Positions 37,101-50,365 of a stretch of DNA of 64,000 bases are shown here, piece by piece. Every line of letters begins with the position of its first letter. Within the stretch, counting starts at the first letter, position 1. A model generated the notes under the pieces. The model did no database searches. It saw only the letters and a list, made by a program, of their open reading frames with translations, and was not told the DNA's origin. The position numbers and the translations under genes are program-made. This DNA is from Chrysemys picta bellii (Eukaryota): contig NC_088801.1 in the NCBI RefSeq assembly GCF_011386835.1, positions 24,614,001 through 24,678,000 on the forward strand. The letters run 5' to 3'.

Positions 37101-40100
37101 TGTAACATGTTTTCTGTACTTTTGACAAATTCCACAGTTACCAGAAGTGTATTGGATTTTTTTTAGCCAGAGGGAAAAGGGTAACATTAATATCATTTAG
37201 TTTGTTTTGGAAACGAAGTTATGTCATTTAAAAAATTTCTTCATTCACCTTTAATTTTGGTACATTAGACGGATGTTATAAATAAATAAATACATTAAAT
37301 TAAATTTGCTAAAGTAAATATTCCTTAAGAACCAAATTTCCAAAGATCAACAAAAGGCTGTGCCCACCAAAACCCACACACTGGTTGGCATAGGTGGGTA
37401 TTTTGCACATGCAAACGGATTAATTACATTCCTATTAAGCACTACTTCCTATGATGTCCTGCTGTGAAGGACAGAATCTTCCTGGATGAGTGACAACTGG
37501 GAAGAAAGTTGTGGGGCTGGGAGAGACTTAGCATTATCCAGCCAATAGACTGGACTGACAGCTTGGAAATAAACCTGTCAGCTGACCTCACAGCAGTCTG
37601 AGATCCATAGTCACCTCCAGGTAACCTGAGGAGAGGTGGGGCAAAACCTGCCCCCACACAAATACCCCAGAAATCCCATACTCTTCCAAAGCACATATTT
37701 TAGCACTGAGCATTCCCCTTCCCTGAACTCTATATCTACACACACACAGAGAATCCTCAGGGGTTACTGCAGCCAGGCTACAGTCAATAATCTGCACAAT
37801 CTGTTGCAGCTAGGAAAAAGAGTGCCACTCCAGTGGGAGGGAGGTTACTTGTCTACATGAGCTCCTCAGTCCCCTGCTGCACCTGACTCAAGATCATTAT
37901 AGCTAGTGCCGAGTATACATGCACCTTAGTCCCACAAAATAAAGAAACATAATTTGTCCTATTGCATCGTGCCTAGCTCATAAGTAGTTTGTTCAATCCA
38001 TAATTGTGATGACTGTTACATTTTCCTGAAATAAGATAGAACCCAGGCTGAAGTTGAACTCTTTAGTGACATCCCAGCCCCCCTGAAATCATTGGAAATT
38101 TTGCTATAGGTTTTAATGGAGCCAGGATTTCCCCATTTAAGTTTTTTCATTGTATAAACTAGAGAGTCTTGGGAAATAGCCTCCTCTATAGTTGGATTTG
38201 ACTTGGTTTAGAATGAGGATTTCCATGGTTTTCTGAGAGTCTTGGCTCCCAGCCCCTGTGGTTTGACACTTGACTCGCTTAGTTGCTTGAAGCAAGCAGA
38301 ATTTTGTTGTGGCTATTGAGCTACTATTGACAGTCATTCTGCCACTGGAAAATGAGAAAACAAAAAGTGGAGGGAGGAAGAAAATGGCAGGGGATGAGGA
38401 GGGAAGAAGCTAACCCCAAAGTGTACATCAATATTGCTTTGGCTTTCATTAAAACAATAAATAAGTAATCAATTTTTTTTAAAATACCTATTTTTTGAGA
38501 AATTCATGTTTACAAGTGCAAAATAAATTCATTAGAAAATGTCAGCTCTCTCTATTTAGCAAGGACAGAGTTCTAATGAATCACACATATTCCATCACTT
38601 GATGATTGAATGTTCTTCAATTAATGCATGTTTTCAAACCTTCTGCTTCAGTGAAGGTGGCTTAGAAGACAATTGCTATTCTATTCCAGGTGCTTTGGAA
38701 TACCAGTAACTTCCTGGGTGAATTGCACCCTAGGTTTTGGCGTTCTTTGGAGTTCAGATCAACCCTGTTAGGATCTTGAGTGATATCCCCCAGTTTTCCT
38801 TTTCATCGTCACTGGCCGTTTGACCCTGGTGGATCCCGTAGATGCTTTTGATATAACTGACCAGGGGACATTTTATTTCTCTTAGACCTCATGTAACTGT
38901 TCTCTTCAGTTGAATCATAGTGAAGGCAGCATAATCCAATTATTTTAATATAATACAATTCTATAATCTATTATGAGTTTTGTGAGTCTTATTGAATGCT
39001 TTGAGATCTCAATAGAAGGTGTCATTTCAGTGTCCTGAAAAGTATGTGTCCTGATATACAGATGTTCTAGTAATTATTCAGGTATAAACAACTGTAAAAG
39101 GCAAATTTTTCCCCATATATATTTCTGAGAGAATGGTGCCACCCTATCAATGCATCACAACCTTTAAAATTCACAATATATTCCCTAGCATTGATGTCAC
39201 CCGTTAGTCATTGCACATTATGGGCCCACTGGAATCTATGGAAATACTCTATGGGCTTTGGATCAGGCTATGTTTGAACATTTAAATAACCTATTAAAGG
39301 AACACAATAAGTGCCTTGCACAAAATAATTAATAGCAGAATGCAAACAAAAATTTGAAAAGGAGATTATTGCATGTTTGTTGACAAAATCCAAATGGCTT
39401 TATCTGGGAGAAGAAAACAAACATATTTCCCCATGCTTGATTGTTTGATTTCTTTACAGTTCTTCCAAAAATTTAGTAATGCATAGCAGTTTTTGTCACA
39501 AATTAGATGAGACTGAAAAATGTGAGAATGAAAAATGTAAATATGACAGGCATCAAGTACTTCTCTTGTAAAAGTACTTTATCTAGTTGTTATCCTATTT
39601 GTTCTTCCTCCCACCTACACATTTTCCATATCACACACACACACAAAAACTGAATACAAAGTACAAATGAACAAAGCAGCATCCATAGTAGCAGATAAGG
39701 GGTATTAGGACAGCTCTAAAAATATTGTCCATGGTATGTTAGAATAGGATATAGAGTTAACTTACACAGCATCATGGTCAGATCCATCCTAACTCCAAGC
39801 AACCAAAAAGCAATGTTCTTCAGAAGGACCTCAGAAGAACTATTCCACTTGAAAAATCACCACTTGCTATTTTTAACATTTGTTTCTAACTCTCTTGAGA
39901 TGATTTGCACTACTGTGAGAATTCTTAATTATTGAGGTCAGCAAACTCATAGTTAAAATACATTAACAATGAGAGCTGCATTCTGTTCTCAATTACATCC
40001 ACTGGAAACTGAGAGCAGAATTTGATTCTGGATTTTTTTATCGCTATATTCAGCCCCACCCCACCACCCCAAATCTAACCCTGTAAGAAATATCAGAGCA

Positions 40101-40944
40101 CATAAAAGGAATATCTCTGTTCCCAACAGTTGACTGGTTCTCTGCTCATCCTTGGTCATCTCAAGGGAAAGTTTCAACAAGTCAATTTCCCCTACATGCA
40201 ACTTTGTACATGTCACTGTAGGATGCTGAATACAGGAAAGAGTCAAACTGTTTTCAAAAGAATTCTCCCTATTGGAAGTCCACATTTTTAGTTTCTAACA
40301 AAGTATTATTTCAGAGTGAATGACAAAAGTTAATTCCATTCATTAGGTTTTATAGTTGTGATTGCCTACCATTCTGGTATTATGACTACCATCCCAATAT
40401 AAAACTAACTGAAAATATATAGGCACATAAATATTCAGTAATTGATGTTGTAATTTAGACTATCAACTAGATACCCAAGCATATATCAACTTCAAGTTTT
40501 GTGATCTGAAGGAATATTGCTAAACCATCAGTCTTCATTTATTTCCACGCATACAGTATATCTAGGCAGACTGAGCCAGATCCCATATCATATGCTGGTG
40601 GTACAAACTAGATATTTAGTGCATGCCACTATCAGAGAATTCCCTTTGTATAAAGGAATCTTTAAGCCCCATCCAAACTCCCAGTGCCAGGGTTGTCCCT
40701 AGGGAAAGGGGGCATGGGCTCTGAATATTAAGGCATGCCAATTTCTATCCAGAATAGATATTTGGAACAAAAGAAATCTGGGTATTAGTAGGAGAAGCCC
40801 TGAGTTTCCTCTTATTGATGCCAGAGAGCCACTCATTCTACTATCAGGGAACATAAAGGGGATTTAAAGCCACCTTTGTCTGTCCCCACCATATGTGGTT
40901 GTGACCCTAAGAGCTGGCACACCGTTGACATGATATATACCCAA

Positions 40945-41345
40945 AAGGTGGCATGTAATACCTCATTGGAAAACCAATAACTCACTGATCATTAATATTC
41001 TTGTGTGATGTATGTATGGTATATCTACAAAGGACTGCATAGATGTGTTGCAAATGTGTTCTTAAAATGTATTTGAATAGCAATGGCTAAACCATGCCTG
41101 TTCCAGACAAATGAATGTGCTTGAATGTGTTTCTGATATAAATTAGGCCAGGTGTGACCAAAGACAAAGAAAAGCCCATTTACCTGTAAGATGAACAAAG
41201 CCATCCGGAGAGCCAGTGGGGAAAGATGAATACTTGACAATCCTGACGGGGGATAGGGATTGCACCCCTAGGAAGCCTTCCTGCCTCTTGAAGCAGGGTC
41301 AATGAACTTGGGAAGAGAACATAACATGTATACCCTAAGAGTCTT
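40945..41345 (+). mobile_element. LTR-like fragment, same family as 2250-3250
   Basis: In-window homology to 2270-2500. Ends next to the 41355 hairpin. Confidence 0.55.
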
Positions 41346-41354
41346 TCTTTCTTA

Positions 41355-41493
41355 TGTATCACTGCTAGGAGTGCAAAGGAGTACAGTCAGGAAGAATACA
41401 TACACCCATAGTAACCAAGATTAGAATTCAAGACTACCTGACTCCAAACTTTGTATTCTTCCCGAGCTCATTTGCACTCCTAGCAGTGATACA
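41355..41493. repeat. 139-bp hairpin with perfect 23-bp terminal inverted repeats
   Basis: TGTATCACTGCTAGGAGTGCAAA (41355-41377) / TTTGCACTCCTAGCAGTGATACA (41471-41493). Further inner ggaagaataca / tgtattcttcc. Confidence 0.9.
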
Positions 41494-42819
41494 TCGGAAA
41501 GAAAGACTCCAACTCAATTATCAGATTCCATGATGGCAGAATAGGGAAAAAACAAAAAAAGAAAAAGAAAAACAAAATTTTGTGCTTGAAAACTTAGTCC
41601 TATTGATATGGAAATTACTGAAACATAATAAATATGAAATCTTTACAGAGTAAATTTGCAGAGTAGGACTGCACTTGAAAGCTGGAGACTGCTTCTGAAT
41701 GTGTGCCTGTGTAAATCAGTGTTTCTTTTCTTTTTAATTTTTCTCACAGGGCTTTAATTATGACATAACCTCAGCCCCGATAGAAATCCTTCAGTAATTC
41801 TGCATGATTTCTGCCCTTTGACTGCAGTACAGTGTGACAAATTCAATGGAATTCAGTGCAACCAAATACAACTGTGAACGCTGTAAAGAAACGGTTTCTA
41901 TTAATCTTCCCCCTTTGCTGTATTGCAGTATTTCCCTCTTTCTTATGGGGAAGAGAGGCTGTGTGTGTGTGCGCTGTGTGTATTTTATCTATATTGTGTC
42001 CTTCTAGGTTCATCTCTCCAAAGTGAACAGAAGTTTAGAAGTGTCTGCATAATTCTTTTCTGAAAAAAAGATGTTTGAGCTCCTGACCATTGTTCTCTAA
42101 CAAATAATTCTTTGTGCCTGTAATTAAGAAGGCTTTGAAAGACTGCTGGGAAGTCTTGGTATGAAGACTCCTCCTCTGAAACACAATCCTTTATCACATT
42201 TTTGAATTAATTACAAAAGTTAAAAATTAAATCTTTTTTGTGTCCCCCATAATAATCCTCCCAGATCAGTTTTTGTCCATGTTAATGGAGAACACATTCC
42301 TAGTAAGATTTAATTCCAAACTTTCATAATTATGGTTAAAATTAAATCTTACTGTGGCTGTATTACATGTTAACATGAATGAAAGCCAGCCTAGGAGGAT
42401 TATCAAATGTACCCTCATACGATTTATTTTTAATTTTTGTAATTAAAATCTTTGGATAAAGATCTTGTTTGGATGTTGGCGGGGGGTCCTCATTAAGAAT
42501 ACCCCCTCTCCCAAAGTGTTTCCGTTCTTATAAGGGGTGTTTGGAGCTGTGAAGTAAGGCTGTGAGCCCTAGGAGATCATCTAATGGCATTCAGCCAAAT
42601 AGAAATATATTTAGTTGCACGTTTGCTTTGCACTAGTGCAAGTGACAGTAATATTGAGAATCAGCATTTTGCTCAAAAAATGCTCAACCAGCATTCCAGA
42701 GAAATATGGAGGCTTAATAAAAGCTAGATATAGTTGCATGGAATCTCCTAATAATATGATGACTGTGCTTTGAGTAAGCTTTAAACACAAATACAAGACA
42801 AGTGATGTATCAAAAGGTT

Positions 42820-43020
42820 TCTAGATTTTATGGCCAGATGGGCTCCCATGTGTCACAGGCCATAGAATTTTCCCCAATAATACCTACATTGGAGCAAAGT
42901 ATTCTTCCTTACTGTGTAAATTGAGACTATTGAGCCCAAATCCTTGTGATTGAACTTGAACGTTCCTTTTTATAGGAAGACACCCAATCTCAATTTAAAG
43001 ACTCCAAATGAAGTCTCTAA
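42820..43020 (-). mobile_element. Degenerate CR1 3' end fragment
   Basis: tagattttatggccagatggg...acaggccatagaattt...gaagacacccaatctcaatttaaagactccaaatga parallels 53751-53920. Confidence 0.55.
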
Positions 43021-44683
43021 TCTCTCCCAATGAAGTCAGATTTGGAATCCTTTACACCCAGGAATAGCCCCCGTGAGTTAAATGTGTCTGGTCACCAGTG
43101 CGAATGAGGAAGGGGTTAAGAATCTAGTCCTGGGTAAGACGTTCTAAAGGTTGCACAACACAAACGTTGCATCTTAATAAGAGAAAAAATGATGGATTTC
43201 ATAGATAGTTCTTGGGAAAAGTAAACCTATTCATATAAACTATTCATTTTAATGGCACAATGAATTTGTTATGATTTTGCTCATCAATTTTTTTAGATGT
43301 GGAGTAGTTCCAAATAGATTTAATTGCTAGGTATTAAATATTGTAAATAACACAGAGCTTCACTTGCCCTTGACTTTCAGTGCCACTGAAACCACAAATG
43401 GTGCTCTGTCCAAGATGAGTGAAATTTCATTAGAATCCTGATCATGGGAGATGGGTAGTGCCCTCACCTCAGGCTGATTTTCCTGGGAGTACAATGGGGG
43501 TTTTAAAGAGTTACAATGAGATAGACAACACATTTCCAAATCAGGCACAAAGGACCTGATCTAGTGCTCAGTCAAGTCAATGGGATTTTTTTCCATTAAG
43601 TCAAATGGTGTTGGATGCAGTCCAATCTAAGCAAATAAATTCCACTGCTATCACCTCCCCAGGGAAGAATCTTGATTTGTATAATGCATTCTGTAATTCA
43701 AGGTGCTCCAGAAAAGTTCTGTTGGACTTGGACTCACATATGTCTTCTCTGATAACCCATCACTACAGGTATCTGATAAAGGCTTGTCAGCTGATTGGCC
43801 TGCGTTTTATAAAGCAATTCTTCATCATACAAGCTGATGAGTACCATCTTCCTTGGTTTACTTATTAGATACGTTTTCCCCATTGAACCTAATTTCTATC
43901 ATTCTTTCTCTATAATTTACTCTAAATTTTGTGAACAGTGAATCTTATCTACTTAATATATTTATGAGTTATAGTATTAGTTTTGGTTTCTTTAAATATG
44001 GTTTGCCTGAAGAATACAAATATGAAGGGAGGTTTGTAACACTGGTGCTCATTTGAATGTGGAAAAAGCATACAAAAGATGATCTTGCATTGTTTCCAAC
44101 CTGGAAATACTTAAAATGTCACAATAAAGACAATTTCCTGGTTTTCTCATTGTGGAAGGATGCTGCTTCATTCATTCAGTGCTATTTTATGAAGAACGTT
44201 AAATCATTGCTATCTTTTCACTGGTGTGGACAACATGACTTCTTATCCATTACCCCAAGAGAATTGTATAGTATTATGGACCTAGTTATCAAAAGGATGG
44301 ATGACTTATTAATATATATATAAGAAGTTTACATATATTTTCCAAATGAGGAAACCGAGTCAGAGAAATCTGTGGTTTAGGAATAAAACAAAAGATGCAT
44401 AACTCCAATTTCCCGACTCTGTCCAATCAACACACTCTTTTCCTTGTTAGCAGTCCATCTACTTAAATTTACAAAGCATAACCACACTTGTAATCCGGCA
44501 GCAAATAGCAGAATGAGATCTACTTATTGAAGCATGAGGTACAGCTTCCGTAACAGCCTCCAGCTGACCCTGAGGTATCTGTATGAATTTCAGGGGATCT
44601 GCGCATTTTCAGGAGAGAATTCTTTGTTATTCCTCCCTATTCCCCTATTCTTAGGGATAGAGACAATCTAGCCCAAAGTAACT

Positions 44684-45325
44684 GGGCCTGATTCTCCAAG
44701 ACATTACACTTAGGGTAGGAGTAACAAGAGGGTCTTAGACCTCTAACTTCAGGCACCTAATTTTAACATTTAGGCAATCGCTGGCATTCACAAAACCCCC
44801 GCTCAGCTGCCACCTAACCCTGTAGTGGCCTAAGTTACTGAGAGTAGAGCCCCCTAGGTGTCTAAGTTTTGGCAGCTGTGCTTGGGCACAGCTGCCTTAG
44901 TCCTGATACTTCTCAGCAGTATCTTTTTGGCATCTAACATACCCAAGCTACAGAAGATTCACAAGCTGGGCATCCCCCTATCTATCTTGCTTTGGGACCT
45001 GATCCGGTAGACAAGCTTTGAGCACACTGAAACCCACATAAAATGGCCAGAGAATGCGAGGGTGCTGTTGCCTCACCACCCAGCCTTTAGCCCAGTATAA
45101 CCTTTAGCTCAGTGGTTAGGGCACTCATCTAGGATGTGGGAGCCCTAACCACTGTGCTATGGGAGATTCTGGGTCTCAGTATCTCCTGTTGAAGCAGTTC
45201 CACTGTATATAAATAATTTAATATGTATTGGAGCGGGGCACTGGAACTTGGGTCTCCCACATCCAATATTAGTGCTCAAGCCACTGGATTATTGAGTAAT
45301 TCTCATTCTCACTCTCTCTGGCATG
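44684..45325. mobile_element. Composite repeat with taggcaccta-type motifs and tRNA-like head modules (left part of family)
   Basis: Starts gggcctgattc. A-box-like tagctcagtggttagggcact at about 45105. Shares tctcctgttgaag..gttccactgtatata and attctcactctctctggc with 47350-47480. Confidence 0.6.
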
Positions 45326-45659
45326 AGGTCCCCCTTTAATCCCCCACCAGTATAGACACATACACCTGTGCAAAGTGAGCAATCGGTAAGTATAAAAGCT
45401 ATCACACTGTGCACAGACTCATTAGATTTGTAGTATGGTTTAAAATAAAATGCCAAATATAATTTTCCCTTAGAACTTTATTCCATCATATAGCTCTGTA
45501 TATCATCCTGTTGGACAATGGAAAGTCATAATTATTTACTTTTGGGAGTCCCTGTAACCCATGTCATCATGAATTCTGATGAATTTTCTGGGAATGGTTT
45601 GAAATGTTTCCAGTTAAACTCTTGACTTAACATCTCAAGAAGAAGAAAAATGTTTCTAC

Positions 45660-45831
45660 NNNNNNNNNNNNNNNNNNNNNNNNNNNNNNNNNNNNNNNNN
45701 NNNNNNNNNNNNNNNNNNNNNNNNNNNNNNNNNNNNNNNNNNNNNNNNNNNNNNNNNNNNNNNNNNNNNNNNNNNNNNNNNNNNNNNNNNNNNNNNNNNN
45801 NNNNNNNNNNNNNNNNNNNNNNNNNNNNNNN
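45660..45831. other. Assembly gap (172 N)
   Basis: Run of N in the sequence. Confidence 0.99.
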
Positions 45832-46804
45832 TAATATCATATATCCATCAGGAAATTAGAGTTTTGTCTCCATGAATTTTGTATTACAAGAAAGTCTTTA
45901 TAATTTTATTCTGCACTTTCTGGTGGCTAATTTAAGTTTTAAAATGGTTCAAATAGCTTCCCAGTCTCTCTCTTTTACAGTGTAATGTGACTAACAAATT
46001 GTTACTGATGTTAAAAGATCATGAACACATCATTTATTAAACAGCACTGTATAGATAAGTTTGAAAGAGGAGGGCACTCTCAGTATAACCCTTGTTTTCT
46101 TAGACGTTTATAGCCAGTGATGGGTAAAACCTCACAGACAGGATGTTAAGAGTCCAATCCTGCAAGATTCTGAGCATCATCAGCTCCCACAGAATTCAAA
46201 CAGTATGGAGGATGCTCGGCATCTCAGAAGCAAACAATCAAGTCCCTAATCTCAGAGAAACATCCTACAGTTTCTCCAGACTTCAATGACATGGACCTTG
46301 GGCTGGAAGTCAAACAAGAATAAGCTTTCCTCCATACTTGCTGGTTTGTAAGTCAGGTAATTAATGCCACAAAATAGCCATTTTGCTTGATAAGAGATGC
46401 TTCAGGTGTAAAGCAGGATATTTGACAATACTGTCTACGCCCATATTCCCACTTTCAGTAAAAGAGCCACAGCCCTGAATAATGAGCTGCATATTATCAC
46501 TATTACTATTGTTATTGCAGTTACCTCCTCTTGTAGTCTGCCCTTTCTATTTCATACTGTTATGGCAAAAAGTGATAATGTCATGCATGTTATGAGTCAC
46601 TAATCTATAAACTCAAGATAAAACTCTCCAAAAATATTTAAATATCTGGATTCACAACGGAATTTATGCATTGAGACACTGAACATTGCAATGCCTAACT
46701 TTTAGGACCCTAGAAAAATCACAGGAACAAAGTGATCCACAAAGTCTCAGTTAGTCACCTAGGCTCCATAAAGAACGAATGGGGACAGATAGGTGCCTTA
46801 GAAT

Positions 46805-47162
46805 CACAGTGGCCAACTTCCATGCAGTAAATAAGCACAACACCTTTCACAATAAGCCAAAAATCAAGCTAATCCCATTTCAAAACAAGCCAATCCCTAA
46901 GAACCCCAACACTCTATGTGACTAGATACCCTCAGCGTGCAGTCTGGGACTGTGGTGGGCCTGCTGTGCACCCCTGACTCTCCCCCTAACACACACACTT
47001 CTCCTTGCCCCTGCTGCTGCTTGCCAGGAGCCAATCAAAAAAAAAGAAGTAACAAGCTACAACAAGCTACAAGCCAAAAACTACCCAACAAGCAACTCAC
47101 AAGCCAGTTAAGCCAAAAAGAAGCCCGATTTCTGCGTTTTTCTTACAGGTTTGGCATGTCGT
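46805..47162. mobile_element. hAT-type MITE nested in the composite
   Basis: Perfect 8-bp TSD CTTAGAAT at 46797-46804 and 47163-47170. Degenerate TIRs (ggccaac / gtttggcatgtc). Many subterminal CAAGC/AAGCC repeats. Confidence 0.75.
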
Positions 47163-47782
47163 CTTAGAATTCAATCCACAAAAGCTAGCACATTAGGTGG
47201 GGAGCTGCCTAAACTAGCCAATGGGATCTACCAACCAGAGGGGTGTGTCTTAAGCCCCACCCCTCTTAGTGAAATAGGTGCATAAGTCTGGGCTACAGGG
47301 AGGCGACTATCTCTGATAGCAATCCACTACCAGCGAACCACAACTCAGTCTCTCCTGTTGAAGTTGTTCCACTGTATATAAAAAAGCATTCACTGAAACA
47401 GGGGGCTGGACCCTATGTGTCCCGCCTCCTAGGTGCATGCCCTAATAACCAGACTACAGAGTCATTCTCACTCTCTCTGGCCCAATGACTCTAAGTGGAA
47501 CAACTTCAACAGCAGAGATTGAAATAGTCCCTCATTAGAATGTCTCAAAGTTCAGTTCTCTCCTGAGAAGTAGCATATCACTGTTCAAATCCTTTCTCCC
47601 CTGAGCCAGAGGGGGAGATTTGAACTGGGATCTCCCACATATTGGGAGTGTTCAAATCACTGGGCAAAAAGTTAAGGTGATGGACACTGCCATCACCATC
47701 ACCTCCTCCTCCTGCCAATTTTGAATGGGATCTGATCTGGTATGTGGCCTCTGAGCACACCTACCAGATTGAGCCTCGTGGG

Positions 47783-48235
47783 TGGGACCCAACCAAATTC
47801 ATGGCCATGAAAAACATTTCACAGATCGTGAAATCTAGCTATTGGGATAGGGAAGGAGGAAGGGCAGGGCTGGGAGTGCCCCAGCCTGGGGCTCCAACCA
47901 TGCACCAGGCTCCAGCTGCTCGACCTGGCAGGGCTGGGGAGGGACGGGACTTACTCTTTCCCTACTTAGCCACCCTCATGGGGAGCTCAGACCCACCTCT
48001 CTCTGGGTCAGCTGAGTTAGCTCAGCTCTGAAGGCAGCATAGAAGTGAGGGTGGCAATCCCACAAACCTCCAACAACAGCTTTGCGACCCCCCAACAATA
48101 CCCTTTTGAGTCAAGACCCCCATGGTTATAACACTGACATTTCAAATATAAACATCTGAAAACATGAAATTCACTATTTTAAAAATGCTATGACCAAGTA
48201 AAATTGACCAAAATAGACTGTAAATTTGGTGGGTG
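47783..48235. mobile_element. Second nested MITE (ACCAAATTCA-type TIR)
   Basis: gggacccaaccaaattcatgg / ctgtaaatttggtggg inverted ends. Host sequence resumes afterwards. Confidence 0.6.
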
Positions 48236-48606
48236 AGATAGGTATTCCTCCACCTATCTTCCCCTTGTTTGTGGATTGCTCTAAGTCTTAGGCAGGAGAA
48301 TGGCATCTGGGTATCTACAGTGGGACCTCAATTTTCTGCCTCTGGGCATGCACCTTAGGTGTCTAGGGAACTTTCACAGCAAAAGTTTAGGTGCCAGATG
48401 AGTTTAGGTGTCTACCGGATTAGGTGGCAGCCAAGAGGAGCTTTTGTGGATCACAGTTGTTCCTCAAACTGGGATTTAAGTGCCTAAGTATCTTTTTAGA
48501 TCTGGGCCAAAGTTACCCCATCTAGCAACTACACTCAGAAAGTTAAGGGGATCGCATGTGTTAAAGCACACTCCTTTGTCTGAATGGGCAGTAAAACCTT
48601 TTCTGA

Positions 48607-48882
48607 GGGCCTGTCTACACTTAAAATGCTACAGTTGCACAGCTACAGCAAAGCAGCCGTATCACTGTAGCACATCAGTGTAGACGCTACCTACACCAAC
48701 AGGAGGGTTCTCTTATCGGCGTAAGTAATCCACCTCACCGAGAGGCAGTACTTAGGTCGATGGAAGAATTCTAGTGTTGTCTACACAGGGACTTGGGTTA
48801 TCTTAGCTACATCACTCATGGGTGACAACACACCCTTAAGAAACATAGCTGGGTCAACCTAATTTTTTGCGTACACCGGCCC
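48607..48882. mobile_element. PIF/Harbinger-type MITE
   Basis: TIRs GGGCCTGTCTACAC / GCGTACACCGGCCC (imperfect), 3-bp TSD TGA on both sides, internal gtgtagac and gtctacac repeats. Confidence 0.75.
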
Positions 48883-48959
48883 TGAGGTTCCTTTGTATTT
48901 TAGAACAGCTGCACAAAAGGAGACTATGAGGTGCACCTTTCAAAAATATGAGGTGAAAG

Positions 48960-49207
48960 ACAAGTAGCATTGATCCAGGGGGCTTCCAAAATGAAAAGCC
49001 CAGAGGCTGAGGCAACAAAAAGGGAACAATGTGGTAAGCAGAAGAGTCCAGGAGATACGAAGACCGAGAGAGCTGCTCCTTAATGATAGAGAAGTGATTC
49101 CTTAGGACTTGTGTACATTCTGTAAATAAACAACTTATGCTAGAAAATAACTTACCTCTCATCCATTGGGAATCTGATCTACTGAAAAGGCCAAAAATTT
49201 GCTAACA
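48960..49207 (+). mobile_element. LTR 3' (R/U5-like) fragment
   Basis: ctgtaaataaac poly(A)-signal context, then actgaaaaggccaaaaatttgctaACA terminus. Confidence 0.4.
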
Positions 49208-50247
49208 GCCAGCAAAGGGGTAACAAAATAATGGCACTACCCTTCTACTAGTGTTTTTACAGTCAGTGTTACAGTAGTTGGAAATAATGAATATTAGAAA
49301 AGTAAGCTTTGTTCTGTTGCTTCTTTACAAGCTGTGCTTCTTGCTCAGTCCCTCTTTTCAGTGCAATATGTTTTTATGTCAGAAAATTAGCAGATTTTGA
49401 GTAAGAGGACTTTTCCTGAGGTGCATTATTCAGTCACCTGCATATGTAAATGAGAGAGAAAAGTAGGTGGGAGAGAATTGTAAGAGGGTCTGCATAAAAT
49501 TTATTTTACTGACAGTATCAGTACAGAATAAAAAATATCTGTCACACTGTTGATATGAATTTTCTTGTTGTGCCTTTTGGCATAAGTGGATAATTAGGGA
49601 AACCTGAAACTGCTTTTTCTGCAAGTTCTTCCAATTCTTTAGTTCTTTTTTATTTGTCCAGAAGGCTTTGGTCTTTTTAAACTTTGCCTATTGGAGGGAA
49701 TTAAAAATAGACCCAATACGTTTTATAATTCCAGAAGTATTATTTTGCCAGAGGGAACTGGCACCAAAAGAAATTCTTTGGGTGGAAGCTTCAGTGGCAG
49801 TAGATACAACAGCTTCACAATAGAAGTGAGATTAATACCATAGGACCAGCTCAGCTTAGGTATTTAAAACTACTATTATTATTCTTACATTTTGGTGTAT
49901 GTGAAATTTGATTGTGTGGAGATAAGTACAATGGAACAAATAGGCCAGATATTTAGAACCATCCTGTGAGAAAACAGTGCAACTGTATTGACAAACAGGT
50001 GTGCATATATATATATATGAAAATAGCTTTCAGTTGGCATGTTCCACAGTTATAGCTAACATTGCTTTCTTATAATAAATATACGTTTTAATATATGCCA
50101 TATTACCAGGAACAGAGCAAAAGTTTTTGCCAGACAGAGAGAAAGTTAACCCTTACAGTACTTTACATTTTATAGTAGCTTGCCTCATTAAAATTTTAAA
50201 GTATGCTCAGATGCAATTTTCATAACAAAATTGTCCCCATCCAGGCC

Positions 50248-50365
50248 CCAGTTAGTGATTCCTGACAAGTCATTCAATTTCTCTGTGCATCAGCTCCTCC
50301 ATCACTAAAATAGAATTGATAATGCTTACCCAGCCTCATAAAGTGCTTTGAGATCTACGCATAAA
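50248..50365 (+). mobile_element. MIR-like core fragment
   Basis: gacaagtcattcaatttctctgtgcatcagctcctccatcactaaaatag...ataatgcttaccc...aaagtgctttgagatct. Confidence 0.65.

Larger units (their letters stand above)
46690..48508. mobile_element. Large foldback composite of the same family, host to two nested MITEs
   Basis: Right end (48330-48508, ...gatctgggcc) resembles the reverse complement of 44684-44900. Internal 25-bp inverted repeat 47349-47373 / 47494-47518 (24/25). Confidence 0.6.

Noticed and set aside
43740-43870. Minus-strand open frame ending at a GTGAGT donor
   Set aside because: No pyrimidine tract and no recognisable peptide.
45100-45145. tRNA-like sequence
   Set aside because: A-box only, no cloverleaf or B-box in register. 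It is a module of a repeat, not a tRNA gene.
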